Shown: in pieces, positions 1-12,968 of the stretch | How positions within the stretch are numbered: position 1 is the first letter of the stretch | Layout: the number at the start of each line of letters is the position of its first letter | Origin: Dimargaris cristalligena | Taxonomy: Eukaryota | Assembly: GCA_003614675.1 (NCBI GenBank) | Contig: ML002227.1 | Coordinates: 1-64,000, forward strand | Direction: 5' to 3' | Length of the DNA stretch: 64,000 bases | Translations under genes and position numbers: made by a program | Notes under the pieces: model-generated | Database searches by the model: none | The model's input: only the letters and a program-made list of their open reading frames with translations | What the model was told of the DNA's origin: nothing

Positions 1-3000
1 ATGCAAGGTAATGCACGGCACGTAGAAGCCATGTGAGGAGATATGGATGGAGCAATTGGTTAGAGAGAAGCAAAGGCGGCCGATTGGGAGGTGAGCCAAA
101 AATAATTAGGAAATCGGATCCGGTGATGTGAGATACGCCCGGATAGTAAATATAGGCGATGGTTAAGCCCAAAGGGTTACGGGTCCGACGAAGGATAACC
201 TCCGGCCATAGGTAAGAAATATAAAGATATCGATACCATCAGCCGATTACACAATTCTCCAACTATGGGGAATGAGCAGCCAACCTAGCCTTTCATTATA
301 TGTAACAATTTATCTTCAAACAGATTTTTGAGCCGAGCCACTGTGACTCGTGCAAGCTAAAGAGAGCTAAGTGTAAATTGGGGTAGCGCAACACGTCGCA
401 TGGGGCGAGCACCTATGAAATATTAGTGCATTCGTGGATATTGATCGAGTAACAGAAGAATGGAACACTGGGAACATGTTAGAAGGAAAAACATACCAGT
501 CGTTTAGAATTATCAAAGAATAGGGGGAAATTCGGGACAAATAGCAAGACACTGGAGAACATATAGTTGCAAATTGATTTCTAATATAATGGTCAATCGA
601 GGCGTGGTCGGTTTCTAGTGCCAATTATTTGTCATTTACAGTCGCAGAGAATCTATTGCTTGTTATTGACAGCCATAAATTGCCAATGCACTGAGTGGAC
701 CAAGTGCCAGGATATATCAGCCGAACCTGTTTGGACTGGTATTCGGAGGATTTAGATTTTTCCAAAGGCAATTATCTTACTTATATATAATTGATATTTA
801 ATATTTGATACTATTATGTGATATTTGGGTTGTCCAAAATGCTTAATGCTTAACCATTAGAACCTTGGCCGCAGTGGCGATCTTTTTAAAGATGCCCCGC
901 ATGATGCTTGGCAACTTGCAATGCTACAGGTAGCCTTATTCACAGACTCTTTGTCAAGTATCCACTGAATATTTGAAACCCCTTAAAGTAGGCAACCCCC
1001 TGAACCACCCAATTCTGATACAAATATCATTCATAGATGTCTAAGTGGGTAATCAAAGGCCCCAATTGACATCCAACGTGGTCCATTTTAAAACTAGTGG
1101 CCAATATCGGACATTTGCTCACAATTTTTGATACATCCATACATTTTCAGTACCTCACACTAAGTCGCACCCGTCCTATATCTAGGCATCCCCACAGGTT
1201 GATAACAGGAATTGGCTGGTAAATGTACTGCATTTATTGGGGCGTATCCGGCGAGCTCTTGTGTGGTACCTGGGTGTTTAACCATTACAAAATATGCACC
1301 TTTTCTTTTACGGTCTCCCCTTCGCATGCTATAATATTTTTTTACCAAGGTTGTGCGCCATGGGAAGGGTACTGTCGTGGCCCATTAGCCCAGGCTCTTC
1401 TAGGACAATAGTGAGGTAGTCCCGAAAATAATAGCCAATTATAAGAGGCCACTATAGCCCAGACCTGATATACCTCATAGTGGGTCGGTTTCAGCATAGC
1501 AAGTATAGTGGCGTAATATAATAGGCCCCAATAGTGATGGTCGGGTTTCTCAATGTAGTATATAGGAAATAGACTGGCTACTTGAGTGCTCGGCTATTTG
1601 GTGGGATGCATCAAAGTGTGCCTATATTGCAGTGGCAGTGGGTAATAGTGAAAGGGTATTGGCAGTAGCAGCATCCGGCAAAGAAGAGGGGGATGTAATG
1701 GATATTGGAGGATGTGCATGAAAGAACCAAGGAAAAGTGAAATGGCCCGGGCCACATCCAGGATAATGGCACTGTGGAGAGCCCAGGCCACAGAGTCGGG
1801 GAAAAGCCAAGATCACCCACCCTTTTATTTAGGGTCAACACCCTTTCCCCCATATATATTCATATATTTAACCAACTTTTTAAAAAAAATACAAGGCCAA
1901 TAGGCCACTCCCCCAATTCCGAGTAGCCTATTTATAGACACCCCCATTGGATTAGGGGGTAGAGAGAGTCTTTGGCTAGTTAAAGACCCCGGAGTCTTCA
2001 CTAACTGGGTTCTGCTTGCTAGGTCTTTTACATTGGTGAATATGTAGTCCTGGGTGAGGAGGACACCTTCAGCCACACTTGGCTCCTCACCAAGCACTCG
2101 CTTCCACTCCATAAATGATTCGCAACATCGTCAGGTGGATGATGTGGTCCACATTTGAAAACAATTGGCGAATAAATGAGCCCCACCCCCTAGAAATACA
2201 TTTAGATAGCCAAAGCGTGGGAGAGTTGAACTGCCTTCCAGGGTATTAACGAGAGAAGGCTCTATACCGGCTCTCGCTAAACCAGGACCATGGTATACTG
2301 CTTCAGCCACTAGTGTGGCCAAGTTTAAAACAGGGGATTCGGGAATCGGGTACCCCACTAAAATAGGCACAATGGTAGATAGCCAGCTTAATTGGGATGG
2401 TTGGGAAAGGATTTGCACATGAGCCCATCCCTGCATCCAATAAGTTTTTGGGACCCACGCCAGAGTGGCTGTTAGGTTAGTTTAAAGGGCTTGCTACCAG
2501 CCGGAGGCATAGTGTACAGCGGGTAAGGCTGCCGATAACACTAAAAGTATATGTTCCACAGTCGCATTCATAAATTCTTCATCAATGGCCACCTAGCTCA
2601 TTGCTCATGGGTCGGCCTCCATTTTACCAAGGGCCCTGCACACAAGGCTGCTCCCAATGAAAACCATACCCATAGACAAGGGGAGCAGGAATCAAAAAGA
2701 ACAGTTGGCTTAGGGCCCGGATTACGATGGGTCATCCGAGATGACGATACGGCCATTGACGAGGACGCCACAGATCGCCTTCATTGTTGCTCCCTGCGGC
2801 TTTGTAGGGTAGTTTATGCATACGACCAATAGAGACGAGTGATGAAAGCGGGCCAGCCCTGGCATTATATGCTGTACCATGGCGACTGTTCGGTAGAGTG
2901 TGAGTGGTATTCACAGGTTAGTCCATTTGGCCCAAACCACTGTATTTCGTTTGGGCTAACATAGGCTAGTTAATCTACCCACCATGAATCATTGAGAAAA

Positions 3001-3279
3001 ATTATATAAATAGGAGGTTTCCTCTCCCAGTTATTATTGTAATCCAGCTTCTATAAATACATATAACCGCTTAACCCCGAAAAATATTCTGTTTCCTTGC
3101 CACTTTCCTACCCATTGGATCACCATTGCTTTCCAAGTCTTTTGATCTCCAGCCTTGCCCCTTTCTCTCTCTCCTCTCTCTCTCCCTACTTCTCTCAGCC
3201 CAGCAGAATCCAGGCTACCCCTTTGGTTTAAATCCCCTATTATTATTCCTCCACCCCTGTGTTTCCCACCCTATCCGCT

Positions 3280-5194
3280 ATGCAGTCGTTTCGTATGAAC
3301 ACCCTCAGCCTAGTTGCTCTCGGCCTCACTTTAGGCCACAACTTGCAATTCGGCGTGGCCGCCCCCCCTCCGTCCACATTTGGCCTCACTGGTCCCGATG
3401 GTCCTCTGAATCAAGCTCAAGAAGGTGCTACCCTGGCGACCCCCTCCCCAAGTGGCCTGTTGCCCCAAACCGACTGGGGAGTGCAGGTGGAAACCCCTAC
3501 CGTTCCAGTCAACTCACTGGACGATCGGTCCGGGGAATTTGTTGGACAAAGTATCCATGGTGTCGGCTCCGGTCACCCCCCTTTGGGGATCAACGGTTTT
3601 GCTGCAATTCCTGGTGCCGAACAGCCCGAAAGGGGATTGGAGGTAAGTATTGAACACAGCCACTTGTAGGATGGAATATTACATACCCATCACCAAGCTA
3701 GCTGCGGTATTGGTGATTCTCGCTATTCCTGCTCCGCCCGTGCCTATACTTTGCCCCACCAGAGTATCCACCCAATTAATTGGCCACACGGCCGATTCGA
3801 TTAACTGCAAGGTCTTCCTGGATGACCCCTGGCCTATTCTCTAACCAGTGGTTTTATCCAACTTTGTTTTCAACTTTGCTTTCCAGACTGCCTATGACTC
3901 GATTCAGCGAGACTTCGAGCTGGTTCAGCAGTATCATAAAACGATTATCGGGTTAAGCAAACGTAAGGGCAAAGCTACCAACGACGATGAAGATATCAGT
4001 GTCCCCGAAATGCGAGATGTATTACGCAGCTGGAGCCGGTTTATCCGCCCCTGGCTAGCATCTCGGATACGTTCCGTAACTATTCCCAAGTGCCAGAGAT
4101 TTCAGAAAGAATACAAGAAAGCATCCTCTCTCGGATGGGCTGCTAACTTGGGGGATACCGACCCTGCCTACCATGCCCTGACGTACACCCAGGGACTCCC
4201 TTTGTTCCAGCAGGAGGGCTGGCGGTTCATCAATCCAGCCGAATTATCAATTGACACCCTGCAAAAGAATCTGCCCTTACTGGCCTTGATAGATGCGCAA
4301 AAGGACGGTAACGACGCTTGGAGGGTCCTGGCCACTCTGCTAGATCGTTCAATTTGGGAACTCGGTGTCACATTCACGAAAGAGAGAGAATATGAACTGA
4401 AAAATCCGGAAAATATCACTGAAAACGAAGCCACTAACTTTGACCAGCTGGATCGCGTATTGAAAGCCTGGCTCAATTTTTTACCTGATTATGAGTTAGG
4501 ATCCGCCCTCATGCCATTTGGTGAGGAATTATATCTCAATTTGGCAGGTGCCATCATGGCCCGCCTGACTGCTACGGGGAGACTTGGGCACCTAGTGCAA
4601 TTCATGCTTCAATTAAGGAAAGCTCGTTCAAATCCCCGCCGGAGATTCGATATGGGGAAACACGCCTCTGAGGAGCAGCTTGCTGTTGTCCTGGCCACTC
4701 TGGTCGGGAATGCCGAACTATTGATGAAATTACCTAATCCGATCCCTCAAGCTTACGCGTACTTGGACGAATCTAAACATGAACATAAGTGTATTGTGGC
4801 TAAGTTTATGCGGGACAATCAACTACACCGTGGTGCCGAGTTTATACTTCAAAATTTGCCCTGTGGCTCGGAGGATATCACTGAGCTACTTGAGTCAGAA
4901 GATACCTCCACCAATAATTTTCTAAATGGGTATTTCAAGAATCTCCACCTTCGTGAAATCGACGACACGTATCAAGGTGAAGAAAAATTCCACATGGGAG
5001 CGGCCATCTTGATGTCCAAGGGCGATGTGGGAAGCCATGACGAATTAGTCGACATGGGACCTGGACCACTCGCCACAGATCACTGGACTTTCGATGATTA
5101 TGTGACCGATCCCAACTTTTACGAGTACCTCCAGTCCAACGCCAATAATAAAAATTGGGGTCAGTTGGACCTTTTGGATCGTTTAGATTATTGA
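3280..5194 (+). CDS. Orphan secreted protein, ~556 aa, 2 exons (3280-3642, 3887-5194)
   Basis: ATG 3280 (alternative 3295), hydrophobic signal-like segment MNTLSLVALGLTLG; donor GTAAGT 3643, branch CTAAC 3841, acceptor TTCCAG 3886; phase-0 join into the 448-aa ORF; TATA-like elements near 3004 and 3051. No recognised domain. Confidence 0.75.
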
Positions 5195-6834
5195 GCCGCC
5201 CCTGGAGGTGTAAAGCCTTTGGAAATCTATGAGCTCTCCGAAGATTTTTAAAATGCCAAGCCACGAATGGCCATGTCTCCATTTTACTACGGCACAGCCT
5301 TTATTTTTCTGATATTTGGATTGTTCCCAGTTGCGCGCTTGTACTCAGCGACACATGTTTATAATAAGAATAAAAAATACCTTGCTGTGCTAATAACTTG
5401 GGATTGCTCGAATATTTACATGGTTCTATGGGGAAAAAAGTCTGAACTCTAGGCACTCACTCCATGTTTTTATTGCCGATAAATTGTAGGACTTGCCCTT
5501 TATATGTCCTGCGTTAACCATTCATCATACAGTAGGACCATTGTAAGGTGATTTTTGAAAGGGAATACATTGGTGAGGGGTAGATAACACTTCCTAGTGG
5601 GTTATATTTCTCATTCCAAGACGTAGTGAGGCTGTATGGCTTATGACCATACATCAAATCACCACCTATCAACCGGCAATTATAAGGTTTGGCCTTGAGT
5701 AGACAAGCGTGCTAATCTGATGCGCAACTAGGGAAACAATACTATAAAAAAGCCCCAGTGTTAGGAGTTTATACGGTAAGGACCACATAGCTGTACAGAA
5801 ATACTTGTCAACCAACGATTTAATGGCTGGGGAAGTTAAATACGGCAGGTATGAGGGAAAAGGTTGATACCGGCATTCTGTCTAGTTATGGTGGAGACCA
5901 TCCAACGGAGCTCCTTTGTCCATCTGAAGCACCCCTAGCGACGGCGGGAGGAAGGGAAACGGAGGAAACAAACGCGGAGACAAGGAATGGTTTCACCAAC
6001 AGATCATGCGGAATTTCTTTATTGGACGTTTCCATTTATATATTTTGTTACTGTATGAAATAATGGTCAAATATGATGAGCGACTACCGAAAGCCGTGTC
6101 TCGCCAATGTATGGGCCCATAGACATGCCCTAATATGTCAATAACTGCCTTTCCTTTCACGTCCCCTAATAATTACTATAATTATTTATGGAGCCCAGAC
6201 ACAAATGTGGAACAAGAGATCCAAGACCTAGATGCAGTGGGTATTCTATGATCAATGGGGTCTCCTGGTCGAGTGAGCCGCCAAAAAAATAATGACCCCA
6301 TACAGCATCTCGCTATAGTAATGCAAAGTTGCTTAGCCACTGTATTACCAGTTCGGCGGCCCTTGCTTTAAGCGGATTTATTTAAAAATAGAAACATCCA
6401 CGGGCCCAATTGAGTGAACTTGAATTAATCATAATGGGGCCACTGTCGGTATAACTTCCATTTCCGGCTGTTACAAGGGGTATGAAAATGGCACCTGTAC
6501 ACTGTTGCAATTTGGTTTCCTTTGCCTGCCATGGTTAAATAATGCCCCCAATTCCCTGCTAATTCAGGTATGTCGCCCAGCCGACCCCATCTCACCTTGA
6601 CCATACACCCACCGACCAACATGTCTTCACTAGCTTTCATTATGAATATATAAGCTCACCGTACTACCCTCGACTTGGTTCTACCAATCTATTATTCACC
6701 ACCATAGATTATACAGGTATTTACTCACTCGTTCGGATTTTTACTCTCTACAGTTTCGCTCTGCCACATAATATTTCTGGGCATAAGCCACTCGAGCTTT
6801 CACTGCCGTACTTCCCAATTGACAACTGTTGACT

Positions 6835-8407
6835 ATGAGGCAGTACTTTATCACCGTCACCCTGTTAGGCCTAGCCCTGGCCCACTATACACTTAGTCGT
6901 CCTCAGCTTACGAATGCAGGTAAAGAATCCGAAAGTGATCTCCACGATGCGTCTAAGCTCCAGTCCAACGACAAGGAAACAATTAATCCTTCTGACGATC
7001 ACACCCCTCCCGAGGTATCCCAAGCCAACACCCCCTCATTGATGAGCCTCCCCAATGAACTACTAATTGTTGCCATGAATAAATTGGCACTTATCGATCA
7101 GCTGAAAATGTCTAGTATCAACGAGCGATTAAAGTCCGTCGCAGTCGGCACTGTTCCTGAAGCAACTTCTAAAGTAGGTGAACCAACCCCACTCCGCATA
7201 ATTCACTGTTCACTGGTTCGCCCTGATAGCCATTAATCATCCCAACCCTATAAAAGCGATGGTGTACTTTAGAATTGAAAGAATGTGGCTAAAGCTATAG
7301 TACATCAGTTAATTATACACGCCCCTCATCTCCCCATTATTAACCAATAACCAACATATCGCCCCAATATTATATTGGTATATGTATTTTACCCACCTTT
7401 TCATTATTTCACAGTTCATCAAAAATAGCATCGAGCCATTTTTGAATAGTCGCAGAATCAATCTGAAGCAACTCCAAGGACTCTTTCCCATGCAGCCGAG
7501 GGATGTCATCATTGCTCAATTATAGTATACTGTAGCTGGCAATTATGAACAAAGAGATGTGGATTTAATTAACGCCGCCAGTGGAGGCTCTACGGCGGTA
7601 CGACTTATTATACCCAATGGACGAATTGTACAGGCCATTCAAGAGAATTGGGCATATCCGGATTACACCCAATTAAGCGATCTGGCCGGACTTGCCCTGT
7701 TCCCCTGGCTATATATTTTGCCAGGACTGCCTGCGCTCGAGGTTATCCAGATATACGAGAACCTGAACACCATGGTTAATTTGGATATCCCGACACGCGA
7801 ATTGCAAAAGGAATACGGAAGCGACCCAATCATTGAAACCCTTAACCAGTCGGACAATTTAAAGTGGGGTGAAAGTATCCACATTATTCACTTAACCCAA
7901 ATCATGGTCAGCACCAATGCCGTCTTCACCATCACTGGTCAATTTTCCAAGTTAAGAGAACTATTGGAAATCCCCATTGAAAGGTCGCCAACCTGGACTG
8001 TAATTTTTAAGTATGCGTTCCTGCTGCTGTTAGAATTCGACAATTCCGATGCCGACCAAGATGACAAACTAGTCGCCAGATTTCGATATAACTGTGACTA
8101 TGCTGGTGCGCTTGGTTTTAAAACGGCAGAGGAGAAATGCAAGGCCCGCAGTCGTGCTCATTATATGAACCGACATGTCCTTTCTGGATTAACGGCCGAT
8201 GGGTTTGTATATCCACACCGCGACTCCAATGACAATCCCAAGCTGGCCATTCGAGTTTGCCGCTCAACTGTTGTGAAAATTCTTGAAGAAAAGGAGATCA
8301 ATGAAGGCAGCCTCCCCTGGCTGGATAATAACATTCTTTTAGACCAGCTGCATTTGTTAAAATTTCGACCTGGTTTGCCACCACCACGACTCCCTAGCCA
8401 AGAGTGA
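6835..8407 (+). CDS. Signal peptide + F-box-like protein, 2 exons (6835-7173, 7415-8407), interrupted by in-frame TAG at 7523-7525 (pseudogene, recoding or base error)
   Basis: MRQYFITVTLLGLALAHYTLS signal peptide; SLMSLPNELLIVAMNKLALIDQLKMSSINERLKSVA fits the F-box pattern; donor GTAGGT 7174 (phase 0) and polypyrimidine-CACAG acceptor 7414 put exon 2 in frame with the 282-aa ORF apart from one TAG; TATATAA near 6648. Confidence 0.6.
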
Positions 8408-10485
8408 TTGGTCTGGTATTTTCTTGGCTTTGAGTATCGCTTTTAAAATGAGTACTTAGTATCTTTAATTATGATTATTGTGTTACCTTTTAGCTCCTGT
8501 AGGCAGGATTATCTCCCATCTAACCCCAATTACCAATAGATACTTGATCCAATACCTCTATATATACGTATTTACCCGGCTTTGTTATATTCTCTTTTCC
8601 CCAGTAACCTTTTGCTATTAAAAAATGATGGTTTTATACCACCTAGTCTCACAATTATTAGGCCGGATAGCTTTAGTATTAACTTGAAATGGTTTGTTAC
8701 AGTGTTCATCCTGAATATTGGTATCTCCGACTATATATTAAATTATTAAGAACCATCTATTTAACTGCCAAAATTTGAGAGCCTTCAGTAGTATGTTTAT
8801 ACCCAAGCTATCAGTATTTTGCAGCGATTGGTGGCATTAACTATACCCCTACTCTAATAGCTAAGGTTACTTGTAATACATCTCTGGATAAATAGCCCTA
8901 TATTCCGATTCCGGAACCAGTCCTATTGCCCATGTCTTAAAGCGGCACTAGTGTTCGGGCAAGCAATACTGAGTTCGAGGGTAAGGAAACCATTCGTGGA
9001 CTCCTTTTTGGGACCGGTCAACCATCGGTGGGGCGGGGTCCAGGTTAGAAGAGATTGGAGTACTCATCAAATTAGAAAATATAAGATTGGGGAGGGGCAA
9101 ACGCATGCACAGTCGGAACTGGGCGAATGCCATGGTAGAATATTGAGAAAACCCCACCCAATGCGATTGTAATTATTGAAAAAATATATAAAAAAAGGTT
9201 GGCGAACCTTCATAACTCCAAAAACCTCGGGATGGCATTCAAAGTTTCGTGGCGGATGTCTGCTCTATAAATATTTCTACAAACATCGTATATGGAAAAG
9301 TAGCTAATTGCTTAACAACAATCCTAGGATACTCCATAGGTTGGAATAGCCCGAGAATTCTTATCTCTGGCTATTCTGCCAAATATCCAATAGTTTATCA
9401 ATACTACACACATATTTCTACCCTTCTCAGATACCCATTGGGTTAGTAAGAGGCTTTAGAAGTATCACGCACAGGTTCGCTTTGGGACAAGCGCCTTATA
9501 TGCAAGATTTACACATAGTTTTATACATGATTGCCCCCTACCCTGAGCCCACACTAGAACCCACCCTTTTATATAGAACCGCTATTCCACTGCTTACAAA
9601 TACTGATCAATGAACACCCCGTGTTCTGTAGGTGTCTATCCGGTAGACTCAATTCCGTGCTTTGTTCCAGCATCACTCGATAATAAAAGAATTACTACTG
9701 TTGGTCGGTATATCCGCCGTATAGCCACGCCCTAGTCTAGAGTAAATTACTGCTATATGAGTAGAACGTAGTATTAATTTAAGCCACACCTCTCTAACAA
9801 ATATTACTTTCGTATCGACTATTAGCGGTTGTCTGAGTCGAAAAGAAGTCCCTCCACCGCCCGTTCTCCCGAATTATGTCACGCAATTTCCCTAGGTTAT
9901 TGGTGTTTCCTATTAAGCAAGGGCCCGTCTCGTCCCCTGTTAATAATGACACAGTCTGATCCAGCTGTGCCCCGGACAGTCCAGTAAGCGAAGGCTGACT
10001 ATTCTGGCTAAAATTACGTATAATTTGGTGGGCATGGTTATTTTTATTTATAACCATTGCATTTCTGTTGAATTTCCCTGGAATATTTACATGTTGTCAG
10101 TTACTTAAACAGCCTACTGGCAGCACCAAGGGAACCAGCTATTTACGGTAGACCACCATCCCTTAAAACCATCACATTAATCCTATACCAAAATCACTGA
10201 TGAATCTACCTGAAATGGTTGATTATGTTTATTAAAAGCAACCCCCAACAGAGGCTGAAGGAGTAGACAAACATAAAAGCATCATTCAATCGGGTCAGCT
10301 TTGCAAAGTAGCGTTAATAAAAACCGATGGTTGTAACTATGGTCCGTGAATAATGAATACGGCAGCTTTAGGGGAAAGGACAGGGGGATAACGGGAGAAA
10401 GACGCACATACTAAATCAAAGGGGGAGTATAATAATGGACCTTCAATAAAGTGAGGAAAATGGTAAGGGTAAAGGGAGACTAAAT

Positions 10486-11500
10486 CTATTCCTTGGGAGC
10501 GTCAGTGGCCATGTCAGAGTCCTGGTTGGACTCTGGCTGGGGCTCTTCACTGGGCTCGCGGGCGGACTCGTCGTGCTGCTGCTCAGAGGTCCACAGCGTA
10601 AGGTTGTCGCGCAGGAGCTGCATGATAAGGGTGGAGTCCTTGTACGACTCCTCGCTGAGCTGGTCAAGCTCGGCGATGGCTTCGTCGAAGGCACGCTGGG
10701 CCAAATGGCAGGCCTTGTCGGGCGAGTTGGAGATCTCGTAGTAAAAGACGGAGAAGTTAAGGGCCAAACCCAGGCGGATGGGGTGGGTAGGGGGCAGCTT
10801 TTCGTCGGCAATCTTGGATGCCTCGTCGTAGGCCTCCAGAGCGGACTTGGCGGTGGCTTCCTTGCCGGGGCCGGTGGAGAACTCGGCCAGGTACCGGTGG
10901 TAGTCACCCTTCATCTTGTAGTAGAAGACGCTGGATTCGCTGTTCTCGGCCTTGGGGATCAGGTCGTCGGTCAACACCTGCAGGACGTCGTTACAGATGT
11001 CGGCGAGCTCGGCCTCAATCTTGGAACGGTAGGGCTTGACCAAAGCGACGTGGTCGGTGTTACCCTTGTTGTCCTCCTTGTGTTCGATGGAGGACACGAT
11101 GCGCCAGGAAGCCCGGCGGGCGCCAATGACGTTCTTGTAGGCGACGGACAGCAGGTTACGTTCCTCGACGGAAAGCTCACCACCAAGTTTGGCCACATCC
11201 TTCATGAATTTGACCATTTCGTCGTAACGCTCGGCCTGTTCAGCCAGGCGGGCCATGTAGACCTGTTATAATTTCGCGGGGTAAGTCAGTGGATAGGATA
11301 GCGTGAATGATTAGCGAAGTCACGTGAGATCCAGTGGGATGGCGGAATTATTCATAGTATATCCAGCCAGCTGATTGACCCCTATTGATAGTAGACCTAA
11401 GGGGCCACAGATCAAACCAGTGGTAGTAGGGATATGATGGCCAAGGGCACCAGTCAGTGGGGATACCACGACTTACCTTTTCGTCGCGTTCCTGGGCCAT
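10486..11500 (-). CDS. BMH1: 14-3-3 protein, 2 coding exons (11500-11477, 11262-10486)
   Basis: Motifs [79 protein letters not shown]; exon 1 MAQERDEK ends at GTAAGT and joins VYMARL after ACAG. Confidence 0.97.
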
Positions 11501-12968
11501 TGTTGTGGTAGAAGTGAGAGTAGGGTGGTATACAGGGGGGAGAAAGATACAAGGGGATACGGAAGCGGGATGGGCTGGTGAAATGGGGAATAACCAGACG
11601 GTAGTGCAATTTGGGGGGGTAGATGAGGGTAAATTAGGAAGGAAAGCCAATGCGCATAGGGAAAGGGGGGAAGGTTAGATGGGCGGGGTCGGGTCAATTA
11701 GTTGGGAATCCTCTGCTCCGGAGAAAACGAACAGGCGGTATATATCTCAGGTGCGAAGAAACACGCAGATGGACGGAGCCCAGCGATAGTTCGACCGAGG
11801 CAGTTAGATGATGGGACTAGCGAGATGAAGGGAGGGGACAGTATAATCGATGGTAGTGAATGCGCAGCACGACTTACCTTCAGTAAGGTAATATAGAGGA
11901 GAGTAGTACAGAGAAGGAGAGAGAGCGAACCAAAGCGGAACAATGCAGTTGGAGACAAAAACAAAGCGGAAGAAGGAAGAGGAAGGAAGGGGGTGCCGGG
12001 GAGTTTGAAAATAAAAGCTGCTGCCTCGTCTCTCCTCCCCCCTCTTAGGAGGAAGGAATGGGCGCCAGCGAAGCATGCGCGGCTCAGGTGAACGATGAAG
12101 GCGATGGACTGTATGCACCTGGATTGGCCGCTGCCCTCCCCACTTCTAATTAGCCCCTATTCTAATATACGCCTATGTCCTTCCCTCTTTGAACTGCTGC
12201 GTAAAAAATTTACAAAGGGGAACCTCGCCACTATGACCATGACTATGAGACAGATGGTAGAGGTAAGTAGTATTTGGCCAAACGAAGGGTGTGAGTGCGG
12301 GTGGTACAGCCGGGGCAGAGCGGACAAAAGGCTCTTCGCCCTTCCACTCCCTTCTCTTCCCTTAAACAATGCCAATGACACACAATGTCTGTCCCAATTC
12401 CTCCTTTCCCTCTATTGCAATACTATATAGTAGGGGTAAAATAGAGTAGTAATGGCTATAGTAGTAGTAGTATATACTTGGTGATCCATCATTAACAATA
12501 ATTCACCATAGTAAATCTGGCCTGGATTGCATCACCCCCGCCGTTCTTACTGGCAGCTAAAATTTTTTCTGGCCAACCAATCATCGCCAGCAACGCCCAA
12601 AGGCTCTCGACTATTGATCAGGTGACCGACGGAGGTGCACTTCAGTGAATCAAACACCACTCCCTCTCTCTTGATCTCTCTTTATATTCCGCCCTTGGAG
12701 CAATCAGCTTCCTATTGTGTCCCCTTACTAGCCTCATTCACACTGCGCCAGTTGTCAGGGGGGGTGAAAAATGGTTGTAAGGATCACCGATCTTGTTTAT
12801 TTTGGATTTTATTAGCACATTGAGTTGGGTTTACAGGGTCCATTGGATAGGGCCTCGCAATTCGATAGTGAACATCTTGAAACCACCCAGGTGACGAGGT
12901 TGTCATCAAGTGAGAGTGCGTCGTAGAGTGGATGACGCGCGAGTCGCCGGAAAACGGGTGGATATAGC

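Noticed and set aside
7273..7299. Possible micro-exon inside the F-box gene intron
   Set aside because: It introduces stops in the phases offered by the available donors; the direct 7173>7415 join is in frame.
10443..11271. Long antisense and alternate-frame ORFs (232 aa +, 154 aa -) over 14-3-3; similar shadows over ITFG1, PDX1, UTP7, ATG18, ADK2, RSM10 and the giant ORF
   Set aside because: Expected by-product of GC3-rich codon bias in the real genes; no motifs or independent signals.
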